Shown here: piece after piece, positions 14,801 to 28,180 of the stretch
How positions within the stretch are numbered: the first letter of the stretch is position 1
How the letters are laid out: the number at the start of each line of letters is the position of its first letter
Assembly (NCBI RefSeq): GCF_964194025.1
Contig: NC_134471.1
Coordinates: 40,858,001 to 40,922,000 of the forward strand
Length of the DNA stretch: 64,000 nt
Source of the DNA: Convolutriloba macropyga
Taxonomy: Eukaryota
Direction of reading: 5' to 3'
The notes under the pieces: model-generated
What the model was told of the DNA's origin: nothing
The model's database searches: none
What the model saw: the letters and a program-made list of their open reading frames with translations, nothing else
Translations under genes and position numbers: made by a program

Positions 14801-15770
14801 TGTTTTTAACATTATAGGAACGTTGAAAGCTCTTCAAGAAGCCGGTCTCTTATTTGTTAGCTTTGAGTAACATTGGTTATCAAAAAAGTGTTTTAACTTT
14901 TTTCTTCTTTTAAGTAGGAGTTTTTTTGAAAGAAATATGAAAATTAAAAACGTTTTGGAGAGCTGAAAAAGAACACAAAAACCTTCTTTCTCTTGAAATT
15001 GAAATTTTGGTTTTCATATGAGGAGTTTTGCAATCAATGACGAGTTCAATGGTTCAGTTCAATTCACAAAAACACTCAACGACTGGAAAAGATCAGTTTG
15101 AGGAGCACTTTCAAAACAAAGAAAAGTGAAATTTTTTAATTCTCTTTTTCAAATGAAAATTGTGAACTTGTATTAAGGTTTTCAACCTGCCTAACTATAA
15201 AACCTCAATTTTTCAATTTCATCTGTCTTTTTTACTAAAGAAGATTAGTTTGAGCTGTCTTCTCTGACATTATAAAGAAAGGATTTCCTTCTTTTTTCAA
15301 TAATGAATTTGGTTGATTTGATGATCATTTCATGTTACTGATTTTTTGAGTTTCATTTTCTGAAAACATTTAAATGGCTAGTTTTGGTTGAATGAGAAGA
15401 AATTTTTTTGCAAAAACGACTTTAAAATTTAGAAAATTTTTTTTCTAATTTTAGTTTTATATCTTCAAATTTGATTTTTTGCTATTTCGAGAGCTCTAAG
15501 TTGCCTGAAGTCTTCGATTTCACAAAAATGTTTTTGATTCACAGAAAAAAGGATTGACACATTAGCTTGGAATCAGCAGAAATAAGGGAGACGGATGGAA
15601 AAGGTTTTTAAACAAAGTTATCGACATGATTTTTTTTTGGAAATTTTTGGTCATATATTTTAATTTGCTAGTTTTTAGGCTTGAAACTGTAATGTATTAT
15701 GGAAAAGTCTCCATTTAACCGAACTAAATTTACGACAATGTTTTTCATTGGTTTCTATCTTAAATATCAA

Positions 15771-15806
15771 TCCAATCTGACCGCCCACCTCCAACCGCCC
15801 CGCCCT
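15771..15806. promoter_or_regulatory. Possible promoter-proximal cluster (CCAAT box plus GC boxes)
   Basis: tCCAATctgaCCGCCCacctccaaCCGCCCCGCCC sits in otherwise very AT-rich DNA. No transcript evidence is available. Confidence 0.25.
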
Positions 15807-18800
15807 CGAGTGATCGTTCCCTTTTCCTTCTCAATTTTCCTCCAAAAGTTTCAGAGTTGCCCCTTTTTTCAAATTTTTGATAATTTCTTGTAAAAATGAA
15901 AACTAGATCCTGATGGCTACAAAATAGTGCGTTTCTTTTTTCCCTACGATTCTTAAGCAAAAGTTGAAAAGTTGAAAATTTGACTGATGAAAAAAGCCAA
16001 CCTCGCATATATATTCCCCCATTTTTGAAATGTTGGAACAATTAAAACATTGTGCCGACTAAAAGCGCAAAAAAACCTTAGACTGGGATATTAAGCAAAA
16101 TGCAGACGGTTTTCATTGACTACTTGAGCTGAGTATTTGAGATCAAATGTCCGAGATTAATGTTGTTACTTGAAGTCAACTCATAAATTTAGTTTCAGAT
16201 CTGATTGATTTACAGAAAACAGAATGACCAATATCTATTACCGTAATCTATGATAATATTTATATTGAACTTTTGTCTAAGTTTTATGACCATCGTGGCA
16301 TTGTGTTTAGGTTTTATGTGATTTTTATTAGACATTATACAAAATCAAAAATGCGTGATATTTATTTTACAGGACTTTAAACGACAAAAACAGATAAGTC
16401 TGAAATCATATTTATTATGCATATTTTGAGTTAGCCTCTCAAGCGTTTTATCAAAAAGTTTTGTTCTATCAATATACTGGCAAACAACTTTCGATTACCA
16501 ATAAATTAATAACTACAACTTTCTTAGAAATCCAATATGACGCTTTAAAATTTTGGCAGTAATTGTCGAGAAAAAATGTTTCCATTTTCTAAGCTAATAT
16601 TGGCTATTTAAATGATTTCAATTGTTGCTAATTTTTTTCACTGACGTATCAAAACTGAATGTTGGGTCAGTATTGTAAGTAATTTCTCAATAATTCTTTG
16701 GGGCAATCAATTGTAATACGATGAAGAATTATAAAAACTTTGAGGTATTGTAGGAAATTTAGATTAGTTGTTTGGGACTCTGTTCAAATCCATCTTATTT
16801 TTTCCCTCTTTCTTTCCCATTTTTTCAAGTCTGACTGATTTATAAATGGTATTCCAAGGAGGCTCGGTAATTTGCGTTTGCATATAATGTACCGACCCTG
16901 CTTATCCACATTTTTGATTTAATTGTCTTGCAAAAAAGGAAGAGATAGAAAACTTTAAAAATTTTACATGTATCTCAAAATATTTGGTGTATAAAAAAAT
17001 TTATTTCATACTCAAAAAATGCCATGAATTAAACAATGTGGTTGTAGAGGGCCTGATGAAATTTGCCATTAACAAGACTACGCGACAAATCAAACAAATG
17101 AGGAAATAACAAAAGCGAACATTAATTACGAGCAAAACCCATTAAATATTTTTAAAAAACACTTGACATCATCAAATTGGCATCATAAATTGAAAATTAT
17201 ATTTATCAAAATACTTAGTAATTTTTTAAACAAGACTTGGGACGGGCCGTTAGTGAGAGGCAAAAAAAAACAGAAATTGTAAGTACAGTAAAATTAAAAA
17301 AATAGTTTAATTTGTTTTTCGAAAAATAGAAAACTTTCAATTCAAGAAAAACAATAGCTATCGAAAGAAATCATTAAAAAAATTAAATTAAAGCTCCAAG
17401 AAAAGCCATTGTGACCTCTTTTTTTCCAGAATACGTCCTCCGACTAATAAAAGAACAACAAACACTGAAAACAATGAAAACTAAACTGATATTACATAAC
17501 TAGACTGAAATTAAATAGATATAAGTTGGTATGTGTTCAAAGCCAATGGGGACCTGTAACTCAAAGTATCAAAGCCAGAAAACCAATATTTTAAGAACGA
17601 AAGCAAAGTTTTTAAAAAAATATCAGCACATCAACAATGCAATCTATCATTGATGAACTTCAAATTAATTTTAACAAAAACAAGAAAATAAAAATAAAAA
17701 AGCCGGCAAACTAAAAAAGACAATTATAGTTTCTAAAACAAATAAACTCAAAGTTATGAAGACCATTAGCTATGGACTTAAACCCTTAATTAGGATCATT
17801 TCTATCTCTAGAAGAAGCCTGAAACCTGCCATTATCCAGAATATTTCAAACGACTAAAAACATAAGCAAAAGTCAGAACGACAAATATAAGCAAAAGTCA
17901 AAACTTCAATTAAATTTTGTGGAAAATGGTGTTGAAGTTGCTATGACCAAAACCTATTCACTAAGACCACTAGATATGTTCAATTGTGCCTCTTGCAACG
18001 CTGTTGCTGTGATATGTGTTCTGACATTAACTTAAAATGAAAAAAGACAATAAAGACGAACGTCCAAAAATTGTAAATGGTAAAGTACAAAAAAATATGA
18101 AAACTCATATTCGCAAAGTTCAAAACCATTTCCTATCACGTAAAACGCACTGACTACTGAGTTTCAATGATGCGAACTCTCTGCTTAAACAGCGCTCAAA
18201 ATTGAGAGAATTATGATATAATATGTCAAAATCTAGAAGATCCACTATCTTTTGTTTTGCAAACACATTTTTTGAAAGTCATCAAGCAATAAAGTTTTAG
18301 TTGGAAAAGCTAATTGAATTTACTTTTTACTTCCATAGGACGCCAATTGGACATGTCATTAGCGAGGATATGTCCTAAGACTATAAAATAACAAATAAAA
18401 AATCCCAAATCCCAAAACACTTTACGCAAACAAAGTGTTGAAACCGTTGGAACTTTGAGTGTCTAGCAGAATATATGACAAATGCTCATTTGTGTAGCAG
18501 CATTGAGGTTTTAAAATCAAAAGAAACAAAAAAAGCCACAAAACGGTTTTTCAAAAAGCAAACAAATCGCGACCTACACAAATCGAAACTAGGAATGAAC
18601 CCAAACCAGCCTTATTATTGCTGTCGTACATTAAATTGTTCCAATGTTGTTTATACAAATAATCTGATAAAAAAATTAAAAAAAATTATTTATTGTTCTT
18701 TTATAATTGTCGAGTTAAATAGAATAAAACAGGCAAATAATCAATTCCAAAGCACTCTGATAGCACGGAAAAATAAAACAAGTCATTTCGGGAGTTTTAA

Positions 18801-20429
18801 AGATTGTTTCAGTTTTTTGAGTCTGTATTTCTGGTTAATATAATCAAAATGTGCTAAAAAATTTCATTTTTGATGGAAAAATGCTACAAATTTAGCCAAA
18901 GATTTTGCAAACATTTTGCACCAAATTGTTCAAAAACTTTAATCCGTCTTTAGAAATGAAATTTTTTACACTTTTGTTGAAAATTTAACCATATTGACTG
19001 GGGAAAAACAGCAAAAATCGGGAAAATGTGAACAAAAACAACTGAAATTATCAAATGTTCGCAAAAATTTAAACCTCGATAACTCCGTGAAAAAAAAAGA
19101 TATATAAAAAAATTTTTTAAGTCTACATTCTACACTTGACGGGCTTTCTAATGGTACCACTCACATCTCTCTATGATGGATATACCGATAGGCCAGAACT
19201 GACTGCACAAAGTGCCATTTGAGTGTTTAGTTCCTCCGCCAACCAGGTGCGTCAGAACAATAATAGTAACAGTGAACTTAAACAGCACAGGTTAAACCTT
19301 GTTGGTATTGTCCCCCTAATGGGAGTAATTTTTGGACTAGGAATCTTTTGCCAATATAACTATAATGTTGAATCTTGATTACAACATCCTCTGTTTTTTG
19401 TGAATAAAAACAAATTTGGCCTCAAAGACGCATTAAACGGTCTGGCTTGGAATTCTGCTTTTTTTGTTAAATCATCAACTGCCTATTATTATTTAGTCTC
19501 CATGTGAGAAATCTCGTTCCCAAGTTCCTTAAACATAACACCCGACCATTTGTTTCAAAACTAATTTTAGTCAATTGATTTTTTTCTTATAGGCAACAAA
19601 ATAGTATCATTGAATAACTCCAGAAATTTGAATTTTCAAAAATTGGTCAATTAGCGTGCTCTTAGAATACAACACATGAATTTATATGCTACGAATTTAA
19701 TTTTGCCCCTACGAAACTGAAATCAAAAATTTACAAATCAAAAGTTCCCACAACTTTAGCGTAGACTCAGAAGTTCTTCGGCGCAGCAACATTGGGCACT
19801 TGAAAACAGTTCAATTTTTCCCCGAGAACATATTAATCAATCACAGTGTTTTTGTTCCGCTGAAAACGTGTCTTTTGATGCACTTTTTAACACTCAAATT
19901 AAGCAAAATTGCAAATTACATAAAAAAAACTTTGTTGGACTTTCAATTTTTTAAGATCCAATTAAATGAATAGTTTATATTAAAAACTGCCTCTCCTCCG
20001 ATTCCAAAGCTATGTTTGGCAAAACTGCTGCTAAGAAGTAACGCGTTTGTCTATTATTTGTACGGAAAAAAATAGTTGACAGGAAATGTTTTTTTTGTTG
20101 CAATTATTCACACTTAGTTTTCAAAGAATTTTGTTGCCTCATACTTTCTCATTATCACGAAGATTACGCCTGAAATCAATCAAATAATTTTTTTTCGAAG
20201 ATTTTTTAATGGAGAAAACTGGTTGCGGATAAGTTGAACAATTGTGATATATACACCGTTGATCTTAAATGAGATATCATCTATAAGACGTTAATGATTT
20301 AAATTTCTTTAGTCTTTTCTGATTATCTGCTAATGAGCTTGAAAATAGCAGTTCAAATATAGGTTAAAACTGTTAAAAATGTGTATGGTAGCTGTTAGAA
20401 CCTTTTAGCCAATTAATTTTTACTCAATT

Positions 20430-20710
20430 TTATTATACCCAACGCCATTATACTCAGCCTGCCGTTTTACCCAATGGCATTTTACAAAAATGCCAAACTT
20501 AATTTACCCTATTGTCAAAATTACCAGATTGACTAACTAGCCCACTATATAATTGAATGGCCCATGGAAAATGATATTATACAATAACAACGGGGCATCG
20601 GATAATTGAATGAAGAGATCAAAGGGCATTGGGTAAGTTAGCATTGGGTGAAATGGCATTGGGTAAAAAAAAACTGGTTGGGTAAAATAGCATCGGATAA
20701 AATGGAAATG
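20430..20710. mobile_element. Foldback/MITE-like element built from inverted arrays of ttacccaatgcc-like units
   Basis: The left arm has tacccaacgcc/ttacccaatggc units and the right arm has ggcattgggtaa/gcattgggtgaa units (the reverse complements). Confidence 0.55.
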
Positions 20711-21159
20711 AATAAATTCTCATGCCCCCGTAGGATATTGCTATTTGTTTTCGCAAACAAACATTTATTTTTATTTCTTTTTGTAAAAAAAACGAAAACA
20801 TGAACTAAGGCTTTTTTGCGATTTTGATTTCTTCAAAAAATTTTAAAAAATTTTTTTGAACAGCAGATTGCTGAAAAAAACTATCGGTGTTCACATTTTA
20901 ACAATTGTTTTGTTCCCTACAAGTTTTAGGTATGACACCTGAGGGCAACTGTTGTTATTTTTGACTGAATCCAGGACATCAAATACGGACACATCCTAAT
21001 ATCAGCGGGCTCTCGTGTTTTTAAAACTGTACGAGAGCTTAAAGAAAGTTTTCAATGAAGCATTCTTGTTCATGCTTCTAATCAGTTTTTTAATAACCAA
21101 TAATCCCGTCGTTTTCCCAATTAATGCCGTTCCGAAATAACTCTTAAAGATATCCAAGA

Positions 21160-21625
21160 GAAAACACCTTAACTTACCTGGAACTTACCTTAAAATTACC
21201 TGAAAAAATAAAGGGCACCACCCGAAATTTTACCTGAACATACCCTAAATTTAGCTAAAAAAACACACCTGAACATTTAAGAATAAAATTACCAGAACTC
21301 ACCTTAAAAACTTGCAAAAATGACCTTAAAGTTTAAAGTAAAAATACCTGAAAAAATACCTGAAATTCCCCATAACAATACCTTAATTTTAACCTGAACT
21401 TTTGAGGTAAATAATTATAGTGAAACAAAATTTACCTTAAAAATTAAGATGAAATTTTGAGGTAATTTAAAGGTAACGAAGGTTTGTTCAGATTAAAAGT
21501 ACAGGTGGTGCCCCTTAATTTTTCAGGTAAATTTAAGGTAAAAACTAAGGAAATTAAGGTAAATGTTGGGTAGGTTAAGGTGTCTTAAGGTAAAATTCAG
21601 GTAAAGCAAGGTAAAAGTACCTAAA
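21160..21625. mobile_element. Foldback/MITE-like element built from inverted arrays of ttacct motifs
   Basis: The left arm acaccttaacttacc…ttacctgaaaaaataaagggcaccacc mirrors the right arm ggtggtgccccttaatttttcaggtaaatttaagg…ggttaaggtgt. A related ttacct/aggtaa patch lies at ~21860-22050. Confidence 0.65.
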
Positions 21626-24600
21626 TATTATGGTAATTCCGTTGTACACTGGAGAATGAGGAAAAAATATTGGCGTGTTTTAACGAACGACGCTTCAAAG
21701 GATTGGAAGGCGAACAAAAGCGACCATTTACAATTTTCACCTTGAAAAAATAATGTTTGGGTTTTGAGTCCAATTTTTTGAATCGTCTAGTTCATCTGTT
21801 TCTACGACTCGAAGAGGAGTATTGAAGCCGTGTTTGTTTTTGTTAAGCAGGCCTAACTATTTTTCGGTAATTTTACAGCAGAATGTTACAAAAAAGTTAA
21901 GATGATTTAAGGTAATTTTAATTTAACAAAGTTACGGTAAATTTTTACCTTAACTCAAGCTAAAGTAAAGTTAAGGTTAAACTTTACCTTAACTTTATCT
22001 TAACAACGGTTTACCTTAACTCAGTTTAAGTAAATTTACCTTCCATTTCTTTAGTATTTAGATAGTGAAAAAATTATAAATTATGACGTTTTCAAAGATG
22101 CATTTTTGGATTAAAAATGAAAAACTCTTTCCAAATAAGAAATAAAACTGCGCATTCGTTTAGTCATTTATTAAAAAAGGAATCGAATTGCGCCAAATAT
22201 TTAACAGGTCAATCAATTATTTTCAAATATTAACTTTGCCGTATTCGATCGTTTTCTTGAAAATTTGATATATTCTCAATTTTTTCTTTTCATAGTATAA
22301 ACATTCTATGTATTTATTGCAAACTTTCATCCCATTGGGTTGCCTTCAGGAAATCTTCAATTGATCTCTAAATTCTTCTTTATTGCTAAAAGTTGTTTGT
22401 TGAGTATAGAATTCTGGCAGATTTTCGGTAGAGCAATATATTTGTTTCAAAGCTTTCAGATACGCTAAGAACATTTTGAGCTATTGTTCCCATTTTCCTC
22501 CAGCAAAAATGACCCAAAAATAATTCATTTTAGGGTCAATTTTCCACGATTTAGTTTTCTGCTACCCCCAACTTGGCTGTCTTGGCCTGATTTTTATGAT
22601 AAGTTCGTAAAGCTCTATTTTGAAACCCTGTGGCATTATTTTGTATTCACATGTTTATGGTATACAAATCGTCTCCGCTATACACACACGGCTGAATAAT
22701 TCAGCAAGTTTTAGGATTACGGTTATGCAAATTTAATTTTGGCGTGAAAATATTTGTTCTATGCTTGGAAAACAAATTCAATCTTGCCCCCACTTTTGCA
22801 TTGACAGCGAAAAGGCGATGATCAATCATTTGTGCGTTGAAAATGACATTTAAGCAATATGTTAGAAGGGTGACGGCTTTTGTGGTATTTAATTTTAATA
22901 TTTTACACATCTTGCAGCCATAAAACGTGCGATCATAGCACCTTTTTGTAAAAACCAATTGATGTGTTTGTGCTTGTGTAGCAATCGACCTCTTAGCTTA
23001 TCTCGAGATTTTCTGTAATAAATCACGTACAAATCTGACGGATAAATAAGTCATATATCATTCCACAGAAGTGCATTTTGCGACCTTCTCGATTCAAAAG
23101 GAAAATTCATGCATAACCACTATAAAAACTTACACGCGCTTTTTTATCACGCGTATGTATATACTCAAACTGCGCATCTTTTATATCACAGTTCATTATT
23201 TTTAACCTCCAATTGTTATTTTAAATAACCATACAAAATGGTCTATTTTTGACTGCTAAACAAAAGATTTTTAACTACAATGATGTCTGTCCCGGTTTTG
23301 GTTTCAGATTTTTTATTGATTTTTTGGTTTATATGTTTATTTTGGCTGCTGCAACTAGACTTATAACTAGCGCTTACCTGTTATAAATTACAAAAAGTCT
23401 AAAATTGAACAATCTAATTACTTGAGCAGACCAATTTTAGCAAAAGCGCTTCTTATGTGCGACGAAGAGAACTTATCTGTGATCTGAAACCATAACCTCA
23501 GGTGGCAATGTTGGTTATAAATTAGTTATGAGATATAATTTTGCTTAACGAGGCCAAAAAGCAAAATGTCATTTTGCGTTTATATATTTTGTTCACGTAT
23601 AGCTTTTATAGTTGGTAAACAGATTACCACATGCTGGTTAAAATAACTTCAGTTATAACATGACTTCAGTGATAAAATTAAACAATATAATTTATTTGCT
23701 TTCTTTTATATTTGCTACCTGTGTGTAATAAAACTACACGAGATAATTTTTCAGAGACTTTTCAAATTTGAGCCATCTCAGCTTTTAACGATAATATAGA
23801 TTCATTAATTGAGCAACCATTAAAAAACTGGTGGTTTTTGTTATCAACTCGCCGCTAACTTGGCCATTTCTCATGCTTTTGTTACTTTTCTCAAGATGCG
23901 AACAAATTTTCTGTTGTCTTCATTAAATATCAAAGCTGTGCGTCTTTTTGTCCACTTTTGATAAGTGGTTCAAACGAGTTTGAAGGGCATCTCTTAACAC
24001 AACATTGAAACTGCTTATATCCCGCAGTTATCAATCATATATTTAAATCTCAACAAAAAATAACCTTTGTTTACTCCAATTTGTAATACTGCGAACGTAA
24101 TTTGTTGCCGAAAAACAAATATTTGATGTTACTGATTGCAGAATATTTCCTGAGGCTCGAGGTTTTCCTCGATTAACAAGGTAAGCTCGCTTTTCTTTAT
24201 GAAAATGAAAATATGTTTGTTTACCTTGCGGAGTACCGCCGCGTGCATTTTCGTTAAAAAAGTGAAATTCATCTAAAATTCTTAACAAATCAACCAAGTT
24301 GCAGATATGTCTGTAAAATGTTATACCATAATAGTTATTTTGAATTTAATAAAACCTCGCGACAGATTCGACAGATTTTGACAGCATTGCCGGACCAGTA
24401 AAATTGAAGTTGGCTGAAATCTTTTACTAAACCTTTCAACCTTTTGGCTATCTTGTTAATATTGATTCGAGAGAAAAGCAGTGCAGTGTTATAGTTGTTT
24501 TTTAACGTTTAACCTGACACGAGACCGATTGATTGAAGAATCTTGTTAGATATTGCAAAAATGGTAATCTCGCTATAAACACAAAAATTTGCAAGATTAA

Positions 24601-25029
24601 CGTCTATCTTGTCAGATCCTGCAAAATGGAACGTTCTCTTACAATATTATTCCAGGTTCGTAACGATCAAACGCTGCCCTCATTGGTGTTTTTAACAAAT
24701 TATCTTGCAATTTTTTTTCATAAATGTTTGTAGCTATAGTTGCGAGTGTTTTAAATACAGTTTTAAAAAGAATCATGCAAACTTTGTTTCAGGAAAGTGA
24801 ACCATTGTTTTCATTAATTGCAAGGAGATTTAATAGTTAATATTCTGTTAGAAAACAGCAATATTAAGGAATTTGAAAACCTTAAATTTTGATTGTATCT
24901 TATCCAGCAGGAGAAAAACTCAGTTTTATTCTTTTAGTAGTAGTCGCTTCTCACTAAAGTTCTACTCTACTAGCCTAATTTTAAAAGAAATGAATGTATA
25001 TAGTCTATGTAGAACTATCCCAAATAGTT

Positions 25030-28000
25030 TAAATTTTCGTTGTCAAATGTCAAATTTTTGGTGAACTCTGCATGTCCATATTTTCAATATTTCCTATCTG
25101 TCATTATGTAAGTTTAGTTAGTTCGTTTTTAAAATGAAAGCTCTTTTTTCAAAATTACTCGAAAGCAAAATGGTTCCAAGTTTTGCAGCCAAAACATTAC
25201 CTCTGAGCTCAAACAAATAGTTAACTACCACAAGCGGAAAAATCTGTTTTTCGCCTTACCTTAAACAAAGTTGTGTCTAGAATAGTAGAAGTTCGTTGAA
25301 ATTTTTATGATTAAACTAATAGCGAATTAAAAGGGCAAAACAATCAATTCAGCCTAAAAAAGCAATTTCTACTGGATAAACTTTCTCTGAATACGCTGAA
25401 AAAAAAAACGAGTTTTTTCGAACAATTATAATTTGCAATTAAAATTTGCATTAAAACACTATTACATTTTTCTTCAGTGAAGCCTTAGACATTGTCGTCT
25501 TCAGCTTCTCAAATTTTAGATTTTGATGACTGTGATTAGCGCAGAATGTTAACCTACGTCTCAAGTTTGTCAAAGTTTTCCCTTCGATCTGAGATAAAAT
25601 GGGGCGAAGGTTCCAGCATGCGTCTCAACTTCGTCAAAATTCTTTCTCGTCCTGAACTTTTGACATTCAATTTTCGAAACCTAAACTGAGGCAATTCCTT
25701 CCTAACGGACTGTTCTACGACTTTTGTTTTCTCAGGAGAAAGAGGTTATTGTTCCAAAAATTTTTCAAAATTGTGGAGGTGGGCTTTTTTAAAGTTAAAT
25801 CTTCACTTTCGTTCACGCATCGTAGCGAAAAAAGATGAACATAATTTTTTAGCCCCAGATGCTATTTTTTCATTTGATTTTTGATTTTTATTTAGGATGA
25901 GATTTTTGAGTTTTGAAAAACTTGTATAGACAGGGGGAAAGAAAAGGTTCAAAGGGGGTATATTTTTTTAATAATTGTATTGTTACAAAAAAACTATTGA
26001 TATATGATGTTAAAACTAAAAATCGTTATTATATTACCCAAATATTTAAAAAAATAAAAATAACGTAGTTTTTTAATAACGATTTTGAAATCAATTATTC
26101 AAAAGACAAAAAAGCCAAAAAATGTTAAGTTTCTCTAGTTCTTGCCCTTTCAGTCGATTACTCTTTTCAGTTTTTAGAATTTCCTAATTTTTATTAGTTC
26201 AACAGGTTTCCAAAATTATCAAAACAAATGGAATCCAAAAGTTTTAAACAAGAGGAGCTAAAAAAATTAAGAACATATTTTCTCTTCTTTTTTTGAACAA
26301 TTAAACTTGCATATTATAACAGTTAATTTTTGTTATTTACCAAAAGCTTGTCTTGATGGTTTTTCTCACAAAGACTTAAATGCAAAGAGCAGGTGTCATT
26401 CTATTAATGTACACAAGTGATGTACACATTTGATTTAAGTTTTCTCGCAAAAACCTAAATGAAATGAGCAACTAATATAGTACTGATGTACACAAGTATG
26501 AAGGTGAAAAGACAAAGGAAATATAAAAAATTGATTGATAATTTTGCTGGTTTCTCCTGCTGCTTGGTCCATTTTTTAATGTGAGGATGCTAAATTGTGG
26601 TCTGTTTGACTCAACACAGGTTGTAGTTGAAAAGTTTTTTAACTTTTTCTGTTAAAAAGAATTCAATTTTTTTTTAAAAAAAAACTTATTAAACTGTGTC
26701 TTTCTAGGCAGGTAATTAAGACAAATTCGCATCACAGAGTTAAGTTGACAATTTTTAAAATGAGAATTCAAAGAGTGTGCCCAATTCTGGGATACTTGAG
26801 GTCATAACAACAGAAAATCTGGATTCTTATTAAAAAAACAAAAAATTGTGTATTTTTTAAGCTAATTAATGCTGATGGTTCAACCGATTTTCTGATCTAA
26901 GCTCTCAAAAAATCACACTTTACTGTTTATTTCAGCAGCCAATTGTCTCTTTTTGCAATCATTAAAAAATGAGAAAATTCAATTCAGCAAAATTCCTTAA
27001 AAGCAAGAAAGTCATAACATTTTCGTAACAATCTGCTCAAATTCCCGCTATGCCTTGTACCCCTGCGTTCTATTTGCAAAAGAGCTTATTTAAACAACGT
27101 AAAGTTTGAAATGGTTTTTTAAGGATCACTCAAAGACAAAACGTATAAGACAGCCGCTTGAAGAAAGACCGAAAAAAATTTAGAGCCTCAATTTCATATT
27201 GTCTCAATTTGATTAATAGTTCATTCTGTCTCATATGCTGTTTACCGGAAATTCTGTAGGAATCCGTCAAATCTTTCAAATTCAAATAAAAAGTCGATCG
27301 AACAAAATTTCTGTAGCTTATGTTTCTTTCTAAATTGATTGCCTCGAAAATCTATCGGGTGCAATTCGCCTGAAGTTAGTCGGTTTATAGTAAAACAATT
27401 TGAAAACGCAATTCGCTTTTTCATCTATTGAAATGTTATGAACATGAAGATGCCAAATGAAAATTAAACAAAGTATTACTATAACTGGATTCGGAAATGC
27501 TTCAGTTTTTTCTTCGGAAAGTTCGAAGTCAAAAGGTCAGGAGCAAGAATATTTTTTGACAAAGTTGAGATGTGTGCTGGAACATTTGTCCCATTTTATC
27601 TCACAACGAAGAGAAAATTTTGACAAACTTGGGATGTATGTTAGAACATTTTGTACTTAGCACAGTCTCGTGCGAGCTGTCTTGTTCTCGAATGCGAGAA
27701 GTGGAAGACGGCAATGTCTCGGTCTTCCTTGACTACAAGAGTAAATGTCATGATAAGTTTTATTTGTTGGAAATCACTCACTTGTTTTTGTAGCGTTATC
27801 AGAGAAATGTTTGTCCAGTAATATTATACTCATTTTCAGGCTCGTTGATTAATGCGCCCTTTTAATACATAATTCGTTTTTATCATTAACAGTTCTACAA
27901 AGTTCTATTATTCTAGTCGTAACTTTGATTAACGTGAGACAAAAAACCGAGATTTTTTCCACTTGTGGTAGTTAAACATTTGTTTGAAATCAAAGGAAAG

Positions 28001-28180
28001 TTTTTGGCTGCATAACTTGAAGCCTCGTTAGTTTAGATTAATCGTTCCATAGAAAAAAAAGCGTTCATGTTAAAAGCAAGCGATCCAATTAAACTTACTA
28101 TTAGATAGATTGCTAATTTTGAAAATATGGACATACAGGGGTGACCTATAGCTTGACATTTTCCAACACTAGATTGAAAC
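25030..28180. repeat. Pair of diverged ~650-bp inverted repeats (~25030-25690 and ~27500-28180) enclosing ~1.8 kb
   Basis: 25562 caagtttgtcaaagttttcccttcgatctgagataaaatgggg matches the reverse complement of 27590-27631. 25072 atgtccatattttcaa matches the reverse complement of ttgaaaatatggacat at ~28119. The intervening blocks are collinear. Confidence 0.8.
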
